A stretch of 64,000 nucleotides of DNA, taken from NCBI GenBank assembly GCA_012295275.1, contig CM022673.1, forward strand, positions 23,250,001 through 23,314,000, read 5' to 3'. A model generated the notes under the pieces. That model was given only the letters and a program-made list of their open reading frames with translations, was not told the origin of the DNA and ran no database searches. A program made the translations under genes and the position numbers. Shown here piece by piece: positions 41,550 to 54,800 of the stretch. This stretch comes from Chrysomallon squamiferum (lineage: Eukaryota > Animalia > Mollusca). How positions within the stretch are numbered: position 1 is the first letter of the stretch; every line of letters begins with the position of its first letter.

Positions 41550-42820
41550 AAAAATCGGAAGTAAACTCCTGACGTTTTCAAAAATGTTTATTATTATTGT
41601 AACAATTTAATTAATAAAACAAATCATATCAGACGCTGCCATAGTTAACTTGTTATAACCATAATAATTATTATTATTTCACTATATCTTTTAACTGTAC
41701 ACTGGCTATTGACTTAGGTGAAATTCTTAGAACGATTTTGTTCCGAGTTAAAATTTAACATGTTAATTTTTCAAAAATAGGGGTAGTTCAACTAAATGGC
41801 TGTTATATATATTTGTTTACACAAGAATAAATAAATAAATAAAGGGGAAAAAGAAATCAAGGGTGAAGAAAGACGATTATACTAGAGTGGTATACCGTAT
41901 ACGGTATAGTTACTTCTTAGGTTATTATTACCAGTAGCTACAACGAACTCTTTATATGGATTTCAATGGTCAAGAAGAAAAAGGCCGTTGACAAATCCGA
42001 TAACTGGCTGCAATAGGAAAAGCCCATATAGACAGGTAAGAAGGATAGGTCCTGCGAGCTGTAATATTTCAGATCAGCAACCTACTGTGACTTAATTCAG
42101 ACTCTAAAAACTAAGTCTTCTGAAATAACATTTCTTGAATATCACATCGCTTTACTTAAACCAGTGAAATTGTATCTACAGAAGGAACCAAAACAAACAT
42201 GTTTGAAGTATTTAGTGATTAATAAAACAATTTTGTAACGTTAACATTAAATGATGTAGAAATTCAGCAGTTGTTCAGTTTTAAAGTCTATTTTATCCGT
42301 CATCATTATTATATTATTATTATTGGTTTTGTATTTTCCAAAAATATGTGAACATTCAACAAAATTATTATCAGAACATGTGTGTTCGATAGCATATCAT
42401 AACAAAAGTTGTAACATAGCGAAATATAATTTTTGAATATGCCATTCGGATATTTCTTCACGGATAACAGTGTAATCAGGCACCGGTCATACTAACAACA
42501 AAGTGAATGCTTCATGGGTAAAAATAGTTATTAGTAATCTGAATATAATGTTCATCTTTTTAACTTTAAATATATCGAATATAATGTTCATCTTTCTTAC
42601 TTTAGATATGTCCTGATACAGGTTATAAAAATTATCTGTGAGTATCATTTATCATATGATAAACAATTGAATAAGAAAACAAGTGTGAAGGTTCCGATAT
42701 GTAACCTATTTCATTTCGCCTCGAGTCAGTTTGACCCGATTGCAGGCGAACTTTAACCGATATTTAGCTAGGATGTATTGTGTATGCTTACGATGGGGAT
42801 GCCATAGGATGATAGGTATA
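41550..42820. promoter_or_regulatory. CpG-retaining promoter island upstream of SCAP, possibly bidirectional with the SLC38A11-like gene
   Basis: Roughly 25-30 CpGs by eye in about 1.3 kb versus only a few per kb elsewhere. Contains ETS-like CGGAAGT (~41556), a TGACG half-site, Inr-like TCAGT (~42726) and + strand donors CAG|GTAAGA (42035/6) and TAG|GTATAT (42815/6). Confidence 0.55.
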
Positions 42821-43447
42821 TAATATTTAGTTGTCTATTAATTGTAACCACTGGAGACACTAACTAGTAACTTACTAAGGGTAGTGGCCTCATGGCTTAT
42901 CTCTGATGGCAGTGGACAAAACCATGTGTGGTGGTAATAAATATATGTATGATTGTTGATTGTATGTTTTTATACTTAAGCATTAATTTTTATCACATGA
43001 ACAAGACAAAATCCTTTTTTGTTATACTGAATTAGTTTTATACTGCACAGGTCATTGTTCATATGTGATAAAAATAATGAAAATTCTGAATAAAATAGTT
43101 TAAATACAGAATGGCAGATTTCTTTTAAATACAAAATACGACTAATTTTTGCCGGCATATAATTTGCGAAATATGATGAAAGTATTCAAAATGTGTTTTT
43201 TTTAATTAATATTTACAGACCTCAGTAGGAATATATTTACATATAAAAAAATATAAAAAGAGGAAAAATGCTGAAATGATAAGAGTGGGTTAAAATTTGC
43301 TTAAGACATTTTTCAGGTCTGGTAAAGATGTGTACGAACATTAAGTGACTGATTTACAAACATGCATGCATACAGATATATATTCACACTCTCCACACAT
43401 GCACTTACATGCACACACACACACAAGAACATACGTTACTACACTGA

Positions 43448-43492
<45 letters not shown>

Positions 43493-43624
43493 TGATAATG
43501 ACAGTTGTAACATTAAATTAATAATACAATTTATAATTATGAATTCTCTTTAAGGATATAATTAGATAATATTTTATTAGCCACAAATTAACTTTATATG
43601 TTGTAATCTTTCAGAAATTTTTTG

Positions 43625-43723
43625 ATGGTGTCATCTAATGACACACAGGTGTTTATTGGACTCAATACCTGTGGTCTGCTACTGACCATGTCAGGCATTG
43701 TCCAGCCACGACTAGCAGCCTGA
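43625..43723 (+). other. Upstream ORF(s) in the SCAP 5'UTR
   Basis: ATG 43625 to TGA 43723 (MVSSNDTQVFIGLNTCGLLLTMSGIVQPRLAA*, internal ACCATG at 43688) ends 1 nt before the SCAP ATG. A second uORF lies at 43638-43685 (MTHRCLLDSIPVVCY*). Confidence 0.55.
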
Positions 43724-43724
43724 A

Positions 43725-43837
43725 ATGAAATCGCTGCGTGACCACATAGCCCAGATATATTACACTCATGGGTTGTTTTGTTCCAGCCATCCTTTTGCAA
43801 TCATTGTGGGAGTAATCTGCGTCATTTGTTTGATTTG
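43725..43837 (+). CDS. SCAP: SCAP coding exon 1 (exon probably begins at 43615 with 5'UTR)
   Basis: [37 protein letters not shown]; donor TG|gtaagc; upstream acceptor ctttcag at 43614. Confidence 0.9.
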
Positions 43838-46800
43838 GTAAGCTATCTATAAAGATATCAGACTATCTCTCTAGCTTCTAAAAAAAGAAGTGTATTAATT
43901 TGTACCTGTTAAATAAAATTTTGTTCTTTACTGTTCATTGTTAATTTTTTTGAATATTAAGTATAGAATTGAGAAAGTCTAGAAATCCTAGTTACCTCCA
44001 GTTGTTCCAGGCTTGTTTGATACATTTCGAGTATATGTAGTAATTAATATCTTTTTATTTTAATATAAACATAACATTTGCATAATGTATTTTTTTCCTA
44101 CAATGAAATTTAAGTTCACCACTTATACCTAATGGTTAGTGTATCTTATGAAGAGGTGTTGTCAGTCAGTCATTCATTCGTGGCATGTAGATTAAAATCC
44201 AAATAATAATTTAATAAAAAAGAATTCACAAGGGAAGTAACTTATATTTTACCGAAACCATAAATTTCAGTATGGTTTTGAAAAATTAAAAAGAGTAGGT
44301 GAATATGCTAATTTATATATTTGGAAGTTACTGGGAATCATATATAAAATTACTTGGGTTGTGTAAATGTACATACCTTGCATATTTCTTTGACAGTGAG
44401 TACATGACCTAAGCAACATTTGGTGATATAATCAGTTTTCCTAATAAGATTTATTAAAATATGTCCCATTCTATATTTAATTAAATGCTTTGGTAAATGT
44501 TTCTGAGACTGGGAAGGAAGATGGAAATAAAAAGAGTAGTGACTACATGTTTCTGATCTTGACAGTTACAAAATTACCAGATGAGTATTTTTAATCTGTA
44601 CACCTCAGCAGCAGCAACTAATAATATATATATATATCAAGAAACTGTACCTTTGTCATTACCATTATCATCATCATAGTGATTATTATTAGACTTTCGT
44701 TAGTATTGTTATTGTTATAGTTATTATTTATCACTAGCTATCCCCTGACAAATCTCCCACTACCAGGAAATGTTCCACTACACTTTGAAGTTCCGTTGAA
44801 TGAATTCAGGGAGGTTCCATTCTCAACAACTACAACCAAAGGGGAGCAACAGAAGGATGATGATCTGAAAAAACCTCGCTGGGTGAGTTTGTTAATAACA
44901 AGCAGAAATAGTAAATTTCTGAGGCTGCTCTGAACACATATCTGACATATTATTTGTTTTTTTATATTTGCTGAATGCAAAACAGAAGTTTATTTAAAGT
45001 ACAATATCTCAGACTGTAAAATATTCTACTTCATCAGGGTTTTCTCAAGCAGCTTCACAATACAGTAGAATACTACATGATTATATGTTCTAGACATGCA
45101 TTTACGATAAATTTTCCTGTTTTTACTGTTTCCATTTCTTTTTTAAATAATTGCATATCTGATCCATATTGGTGTATAGGTTAGTATATAATAATAATAA
45201 TAATAATAATAATCAAATAATAAATAATAAAAATAATAAAATTTTTTATATTAAAAATGTTTATCTTTCAGCTTGTAGGAGAACCTGTGGGATATATTCA
45301 GCAGATTGTTGTCAAGGCAACAGTGTCACCATGGAAACCTGAAATTCTTATACCTACTGACGCCTTTCGTGGTCCTCTAGGAAAAGTTTATGAAATACTG
45401 GAATATATTGAAAATTTCAGATATTCTGAAGGGTAATTAAAACAAAAATGATTGATACAAAATAACATAAGTTTTGAAAAGAGGGGAAAAGATAACAACA
45501 AAGTGGGTTGTGCCTGCATTTATATCTCAGTCTCTGTGTTTGTAAATTAGGCTAATGTAATTTTTACATACTCTGATACATACCATCTGACCATTAATTT
45601 TTTTCATGACTGAGGCAGCTATTGTTTTCACTTTTGTTAAATTTATATTATTTTAATTTAAGCTGTTTAATTAAAGTCAGACTGATTTATTTCTCTGTTA
45701 AATTCTTTTTAATATGTTTTATTCTCCAGTGGTACAAATTATGCAGTTTCTGACTTGTGTCTTCGAGTCTCTGAAACATTATCCTGGCATAAAGTGAAAA
45801 AATTTCTACCAGAATATGGCTGTCTTATTGTTTCTCCTGCTAATCTATGGCACAGAGATCAAAACAGGTAATTATGTCTGTATTAAAGGGCAGATTAATA
45901 TAAATAAACACTGTCTTTTAAAACTGGTTGCTTCTTAAAGCAGTTTGATATATATACTACAGTGTATGTATGGTAGAAACTATCATGCTGTTAGCGTATT
46001 GCTAAATACAGGTGATCTTTAATGCTGGTTTCATTCTGATTTCAGAAGCTCTTTATTGTTAAATAACATATTTAATTGCAGGATTTGCTTTCCAATCAGT
46101 GCTCTTAATTATTAATATTGTAGATTTTATGTTTTCCTGTCAGCTTTAAGTTTTCTATTCATTTGTGAAAAAATACACATATTTAGCAATTTGTCATATC
46201 TTTACTGTAAATTTGATGAATTTTTAATAAAACTGAGTCTGAGTTTAGGTCTGTATGCAAGCATTTACTGACACCCATAACCTATATACAGTGATAAAAA
46301 ACTCACATGTATAAAGATTTGAATGTGTATGGCTGTATGCATGAATTTATATATGTGTTTATGTATATTTATAATAATTATATGATATGTTTAAATAATT
46401 TTATATATATTTTTCACAGATTCAATGTGGATGCAGAAATCATTAAGACCATATATAGGAAGTTTGGCAATGCAATTGAAACCCCTCCCACTGTGAAAGG
46501 TGTCTATCATCCAATCTTTGTTTTAAATGATTATTTACATTAATATGTTTAAAGCTGTTTATTTTTTAATAAAAGTTTAAATATATTTAATTAATCAGAT
46601 TTGAAAATAATTATTTTATTTTTGATTTAATTTATTATTTAAAACAACAATTAAGTGGAAAATTTATATTCTTTCACAGAAGTACTTTTTGGGTTGCCAT
46701 GGCAACAGACTGGTGTATCTCGATATTTTATCCGTAATCGTCAAAGAACAATTTCCTATGCAATCACTATTATAATGAAGCAGTATAAACCACAGTATGT

Positions 46801-49800
46801 ATTTTTTCTTTATTTATTTCTTTCTTTTTAAAGCAATTTATGAGTTACAAAACCATAATATCCACAATTTATCACAAAGGTCATTTTAGTTTTTATATGT
46901 TACAACATAATTCAGGCATCTGCAGCATATTTTAAATATAGACATCACCATACAACTACATCTACAAGTGATGCCTATTAACTGAAAGATAATATATTAC
47001 TATGTACATTTTTTTGTCTTAAGATTTTTGCTATTTTGAATATTGAATACTGTTGCATTTTTAATCAAAATTAAAATTTGTTGTGGACTTTTTTGCTATT
47101 ATATAACTAATTTTTCTTTTTATATCAGATACAATCCAATTTACTAAAGCAAAAGTATTTCATGATTTAACATTTTTGTTTCAGCAAAGTTTACTGTTGA
47201 TATTGTATATTATGCAACTTTGGTTTTTTAAAATATTCTTTAATGAAACATTTTGTTATTTTCAGGTTTACAAATGAATTAAAGAAAAGACTGGAATCTC
47301 TGTACCCAGAAACCAGTAAGAATGTCAACAACAGCGAGATTGACTTTGTTGTTAATGTTCACTACCGTGACATCAACTACTTTGTTGAGTACACCCCAAT
47401 CCTTGTCACATACTTTGTCCTTCTACTCTATATCTACTTTTCTGTCAGTAAGTATTATTATAGGTATATATTTGGGTGTATGATTATGTTATGTGCGTTA
47501 TGTGAGCAGTTAGTCTGATAGGTTGTTCATAGTTTTAGGTGACAAGTTTATATTACATTCTGAAATGTATTTCTAATTTCTCACTGTCATGAATGTGCAA
47601 TTTGTAAGATTTCACATTGAAATTTTAATGATAAAAATAAAATTTGTAATATAACACGTCAGGATTTATTATCAAGTGAAAAATATTTATTCATGATGTA
47701 TTTGAATATATATTTTGTATTATTATTTGTTTAATCTATGCTGTCAAAAATATATTCTGTGAAATCTTATTTCCAGGGAAAATTGAAATGGTGAAATCAA
47801 AAATTGGTCTTGCCATTAGTGCTGTGTCCACTGTAATTGCCTCCCTTTTTGTGTCTGTGAGCATTTGTGCTTTTTTTGGACTAACCCCAACACTAAATGG
47901 CGGGTAGGGATCTTCATTTTCTTAAAAGTGTTTTTATTAAATTATGAAATAAAAGTTTGAATTTTTCCCCATTTCTGAGTTAAATAAATTTTGAACATAT
48001 GATTATTGTGTGTGTTTTTAAAGTATTTTAAATACGAAAAAGTTCCTATATTTAATGGTTTTATTTCTATAACATTAATTTGTATATACACATGTACCAA
48101 CTGTGATATTCTTTGATTCTGATAATAAATATTGTATAATATTCTTTAGGAAAATGCATATACTTGATAAAATAAATACACTGGGATAACATTAATTGTA
48201 TTGTATATGAATTGAATAAACCTAAGTACAATATAAATATCTTTCCTTCTTTTTTTAGTGAGATTTTTCCTTACTTAGTAATAATTATAGGACTGGAGAA
48301 TGTTGTAGTGTTGACAAAGTCTGTGGTGTCCACTCCAGTACATCTTGATGTGAAAATTCGAGTAGCTCAAGGTGCAGTTATAAATTACATAATAATTGTG
48401 TAATAATAATAATTTAAGACATTCAGTTACAGAGAGTGACATATCTATAGAACCACAAAAGTTTTATTTAATCTTTTGATATCCCAATTTTTAGTAAGAT
48501 AATATATAGATATATATATAAACATTATATAATTTTTTATTGTTACTATTATTATTTAGATTAATTGGTAAAAATATTTTATTAAATGTTAAAATTAAAT
48601 AATTAAATAGTTTTATATAATTAAATAATATCTGTTTAATTAAGCCATGGCACATTTTTACTTGTTGTATAAAGGAAAGATTCTCTTTCTTACTACAGAG
48701 CTTTTCTTTGATGGGAAAGAATATACACAATCTTTGGGTAGTGGTTTGATTGGAAAAGAGCCTAAAATTACTTTCTCAAAAACACATATTTACCAGTTAA
48801 CAGTACATATTTAAATTTCTTTTTAGGATTAAGTAAGGAAGGCTGGTTTATTACGAAAAATCTTGTTACAGAACTAGCTATCCTCCTTGTTGGCTTCTTC
48901 ACCTTTGTTCCAGCTATTCAGGTGATTTTTATAATTTGATTTATTCCTTTTTTCTGTATTGCTTTTAAAAATAATCCAAAAATGTTTAGTCTTTTGTTCA
49001 GAGGAAGAAGATGTATTGAATGAAGGAATAAGAATTTAAATGTATGAAAAAAGAAGATGATATTTTAAATTAATAAAAAGAAAATATTATAAATAGTAAT
49101 AACAGTTAAACAGTAATAATGGTTTTATTTTCAGGAGTTCTGCCTGTTTGCTGTCGTTGGTTTGTTGTCTGATTTTTTCCTGCAGATGGTTTTTTTCACC
49201 ACTGTACTTTCTGTTGACATCAGACGAATGGAGGTCAGTTATAAAAATTATCATAGTTTATTTCTTGCACTGAATATTACTAGTGCCACTACTACTACTA
49301 ACTTCTATTACACTTGAATTTCATTATAAATGGAATGCTTGTAACAGAGAGACATGTTTCTACATACATTTTGAATTTTATATAGCAGTATTTTTAGAAT
49401 GGTGGTTCTGTAGTAATGAAAATTTAAATATTTACATATGACTAAATGCTTCCATGCCACTCAGTAAATATCCTGCAGTAAAATTAAGCCATTCAATTTG
49501 TAAACATTTCTGTATGTTTCAGCTGCTAGATCTTCAAAAACAAAGCATACACCAGGTTGTAGATGATGAGCAAACTATGGACAATGTAGAAAGTCTTCTC
49601 CACTGTCCAGTTATGTCCAGACTACCTCATGAACCATCACCCCCACCTACCAAATTAGGTAGATCAAAGTCTGCACCAGGACTAGATGTCCGTAACATCA
49701 GACACCTTGATCTACCTTCTCCACTGTTTCCACGGAGACAACCTACAGATGCCTTCTTTCAACACCTAGAGCTTCCAAAACGACTCAAAGTTTTCTTCTT

Positions 49801-51755
49801 TTGGGCAAAAACAAGAATCTTTCAAAGAATGATTATGGTAAGAATAGATTTTAATATTTTTAAAATTCATTTTGTAGTTCTTATTATATTGTGAAATAGC
49901 ATTGTGTCTTTGTTCCTTAACTCTTCCTGAATCTTAATGTGAACATTCCAGAAGACAGTTAATTTCAATTTAGTTATTGTCCAAATTTATTAACTTCTTT
50001 TTTTAATCTTTCTACTTGTGTGAGATCATCATTTTTCAGTACGCTTTTTTTTGTCATTAATGTAACCATATCTTTGTACCTTTCTTTTTTGCCATATACC
50101 TTTTTCTATGCAATCTTATCCCATCACACATCTTTGATGCTTTTAATAACTTGTTTTGATCTCTTGATCTTTGTTCATATTATTGAATTATTTAATTAAT
50201 ATGGCTGCTGGTTATACAACGATTGCATATTAAGCAGTTGTTTTAAACATTTTATTATTTCTGTAAAAAAGGTTTGCACTGTAGTTTGGATTGCTTTGAT
50301 CCTCTACAAGACTGGATTAGTGGACAAACTGACGAATCCAGACACCTCTTCATCAACCAATGGTGGATCCTCCACATCAGGATTTGAACAGATAGTGAAA
50401 GGAGGGATCTATGCAGACAGGAATGCCATGGAAGATGCTCTTGCAGGAGGCAGGATGTCTGAGGAGAAGGTGGGTCCATTGGAACACACAGATGTACAAC
50501 AGTGGCAGCATCTTTACTTCAAACATTGGCCTAGGCTGTTTGGATATTACAACATCAGCCTCTGGGGCAGGTATGTGCAAGTGAATAATCTCATTAACTT
50601 ACTTAGAAAAATCATCCATCAACTACTATAACTGTCAAGTGCTGTTCCTAAAAGTCATACCTATACAGTAGGTAGCGATTAGATTTGCCTGTGGTATCAA
50701 TAATTCAGTTCATATCATTGATACCTTATGTACCAACACTAAAATAATAATGTTATAAATTTAGGATGTATGCATTTTAAATTGTCTGAATTAATTTAAT
50801 TTTGAGCATTGACAAAGGTTCTATTTTAGTTAACTCTTAGCATTTTATCTGAGTTATTTTGTGAACTGCTATTTCTTTATACATTACCAGATACATCACA
50901 ATTCTTCCATCTATTCATCTTTCCATCATCATTGACCCTGACACAGCCATATCAATTCGTCATCCATCAGAAAAGAACTACTACGTTTTGCCACGTGACA
51001 TTGTTCAGCCAGATGTTGTGGACAATGACACAGCAGAGAGTGTAAGACTAACTGAGAACAAGGAAGTGAAATACCACATTCCATATTACATGGATCCAGA
51101 ACAACTGAAACAGTTCTACCCACGTTCTCAAAAAGAGCTTTTGATCACTATATGTCTGGGGTTTCTCAGTGTTATTGTGATATCTTACTTCATGGTTGTG
51201 TTGTACAAGTGTGTGTGTTCTAGGAATTACTCAAAATGGAGGACATCTTGGTCAAGGAGAGCCAGAAGAAGGAAAGGCTATGTTAAACATATCAAAGAGA
51301 CTGTGCCTCTGGTGTTAAAGGGACACAACCAGGTAAAATACTAAAATAAATGAAAATTGACTTGAAATAGCGAGAGAGAAGGATTTAATGCTCAAAACTG
51401 ATTGTATGATGAAGATATTTTCTCTGTAAACATTGTATGGTCTTTAAACGAGATCTGACTTGCAGGTTATGAATAGTTAATTAATGTTATCATTGAGTTG
51501 TTATGATTCAATTTTGATTTAAATTGCTGTTACCTGATAGTTGTTATCTATAATAATAACTTTAAAAAAAGAAAAAAAGAAAAGAAAAGAAACCAGAAAT
51601 AAAATAAAATTCCAAAGTTTCTGTTATTGATCTCATTTAATAATTTGTTTAAATCTTTCAATTTGCTAATGGATTGTGTGGCATTAAGTTCTTACCTTTT
51701 TCACTATAAATTTTTAGAAAAGGATATTGTTTCATTTTTTGAAAGTACAAAACCC

Positions 51756-51815
<60 letters not shown>

Positions 51816-54800
51816 TATAATAATTATTATTATTGTAATGATGATATGCATTTTATATTTAATTTAAGACTATTGACTGTCTAGTCACAGATGGCCCTCT
51901 GGTTGTCAGTTCGTGTTGGGGAGGACAGCTGCGTGTTTGGGATTCAAACACTGGAGAATGCATTACATCTATCTGTAGGAAAAGGTTTGTGGAATATGTG
52001 TGAGTGTCCATAATTTGGCACATGTATGTTTGTTTATCATTAAATAACTTTCTTTTTATTTAAGAATAACAGACCAAAAAAAAGTAATACATATGTGATA
52101 GTTTTATCTTCAGACTGTGTTGAGCAGATGATTGTTGTGAATGACATTTTATATTTTGTGTTTATCTTTGAAGTCAGATAACTGTTAATTTTATAATTTT
52201 TCTAAGCCTTTATTTTATTTGTGTTGTTTAATAAATGCTATTTATTTCCAGTAAGAAATATTTTATTATTCTTTTAATGTTGAGTAATTTTTAATGTTAT
52301 CTAATAATATATTATTTTTATTGTTATTGTTAAAAAGTTTTCTAAACGCTATCATTTTGTTAATGTTTGCCAGATGTTATCTATGCTATTTACTATTATT
52401 ATAGTTATTATTGTTATTTTAGTATCACACCTCCACAAAGAAGAAAGCCCTGTGTTGGTAGAAATATAGAAGACAGTGAAGCAGACCTGTATGAAGAATA
52501 CCATGGTGACTCCATGCATATTATCACTGACAAGCAGAAAGAGGAAACGATTGTTAAACCTAAGTCATTTTCAGTTATTAAACCAGACCTGACAAGTACC
52601 ATCAACACTGATTTTTCATCGATAGAGCCTCGTTTTACGTCGTCATCGTCTCAAGATCATAATGCCTCAAGATCGGAAGGGTATGATTTTAAAGGCTGGT
52701 TTGATGGTGTATATGAAGAACATCATCGCAGTGTTGCTGCTGACAGTGGTGTTGGTGAAGAACAACATTTGTATGGTGCTGGGGACCTACAGCAGTTAGA
52801 ACAACTTCAGGAAGTTCAGTCTAGAAACAGAAGCTGGAGTGCTGGTAAGTGATTCATGATAGTTTTATATACTGTGCAGGCAGTAAAGTTCATGGATAAA
52901 TAAAACTGGATATTAACAAATTAACAACAAACAAATAAGTTTAAAATATTTCAACTGTGAAGTGATCCAGTCTCATTTACATGAACATGCCACTAAAGTC
53001 TGTAGCTGTAATTAACAATTGTGATATCTGCTGCTAGCTACATTCCTAATTTTCATTGCTATAGTTCTTTCATAAACCTGAATGTAATTTCCATATGTAA
53101 ACTTATACAGTAAAACAATTTTAAGTTACATATGTCTTAATGTAACTAACAAATACTGTTTGTAATTAAATTAAAAATAAAGAATTCAATTTGCATCAGT
53201 ATATTTTTTTTTGACAGATATATTTGTATAAACAGTAGAATTTGCATAAAAGTTATTATAATGCAGGAGTTTTCCAGAAGTAAGAACATTTTTCTTTCAG
53301 GTGATGCTACCAGTGACATTAATGAAGAAATGTTTGATGTATCAGCAGAAATCTGGTGTTTGGCTTGTCAAGATGGCTTAGTTGTTGCAGGCTGCAAAAA
53401 TGGACACATTGAAGTAAGATTATTCAGTCAACAAAATTTTTAAAACGAAAGTAATAATAATTATTATTTGTTATAAATATTTCACTTCAAACCTTGTGGA
53501 TGTGAATTGTTATATATTTAAACTAAAATCAAATAATTAGTTTCAGTTTAAAAAAGGAATTAAAATTAAATATTTGCGAAATAAAAGGCAAGCCTTAGGT
53601 GCACTTTTTCTGGATCCTACTACATGAATATACTTTTTCTGTAATAACTAGAATATGAATTATAAAAAAAGAACCAAGTCTCTACTAATAGCAATATAAT
53701 AGTTGTTATCTGTATAAATCACAAATAGGAAGAAGATACTTTTACAGTTTAATACTCAATTATTATTCACTATTGTCAGTTCTGGGAGGCAGATACTGGA
53801 ATAATGAAAGGACAGTATGACTCTGGGTCTTCCTCTGTGATGGGACTGTGTCTTATTGGAAACAGGTATGATGTTCTAAAACTGATCTAAGTAATCCTTG
53901 ATCAACAAAGATGTGTCAACTATCAAAACCAAAACATTTAACATTTCTGTCTTATTTTATTGTGATAATTTATTACTAGGAGAAACTGGTATTAAAATAC
54001 AAAACATTAACATAAAATTAAATAAAATATGTTAATTTAGGTTTTTCTTTTCACAGCATAGCTAGATTTAAAATTTTTATTTTTCCTTTAGAGTTGTTGT
54101 TGGTAGACTTGATGGGAGTTTAGATTTCCTGGAACTGGAAACATTTAGAAATCCTGTAACTCTTTCAATACCAGCAGCTGCTCCTACTCGACAAATTAAA
54201 GGTAATTATTCGTTGTTGATTTGTTCTGTTAGTAATTCAGAAATTAAATTCATAAACTAAGATTTTTTAAAAAGAAAGAAATGGAAAACTGTCTTGAATT
54301 TAGTGGTATATGTTGTTGTTAGATGTATTGGTAGGATATGGAAAAAAAGTTGCAAACAGCATGCAGTTTATTAAAGTTGTATTTTACTGTAACTGACATT
54401 ACTGAGTTTTGCAACATTCATATCACCAGTTAAAGATGATGGATGCAGTGTTGCCTATCATGGATTTTTAAATAATTCTTTTAATACAAACAGCATTCAT
54501 TTAATTTGAATAACTTTCTGTACAATCACCAGAAATTGTACTAATTGTTTTATTTAAATTTTTATATAATTTTATTTTATTTTTTTCTATAAAAAATTAA
54601 CTTTTAAATTATAATAATTCTGTGTTTATAATTACATTTTTTTAAATTTTTTTTTAGTTAATCAGAGTAGTTATATTTTAGAAAGCACAATTAAAAATAT
54701 TTGGATTTTGATATTTTAAAATGTAAAATTTTCAGGCCATTCTCGCCACTACAGTCATGGTAGTAAGATAACCGGAGAGGTGAAGTTGTGGGATGAAGTG

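Noticed and set aside
41550-43600. Sterol regulatory element for SREBP feedback on SCAP
   Set aside because: No convincing ATCACnCCAC or ATCACGTGA found by eye.
43594-52608. Antisense ORFs over SCAP exons (43594-43800, 44738-44980, 50255-50580, 50929-51123, 52414-52608)
   Set aside because: Shadows of GC-richer coding exons on the opposite strand.
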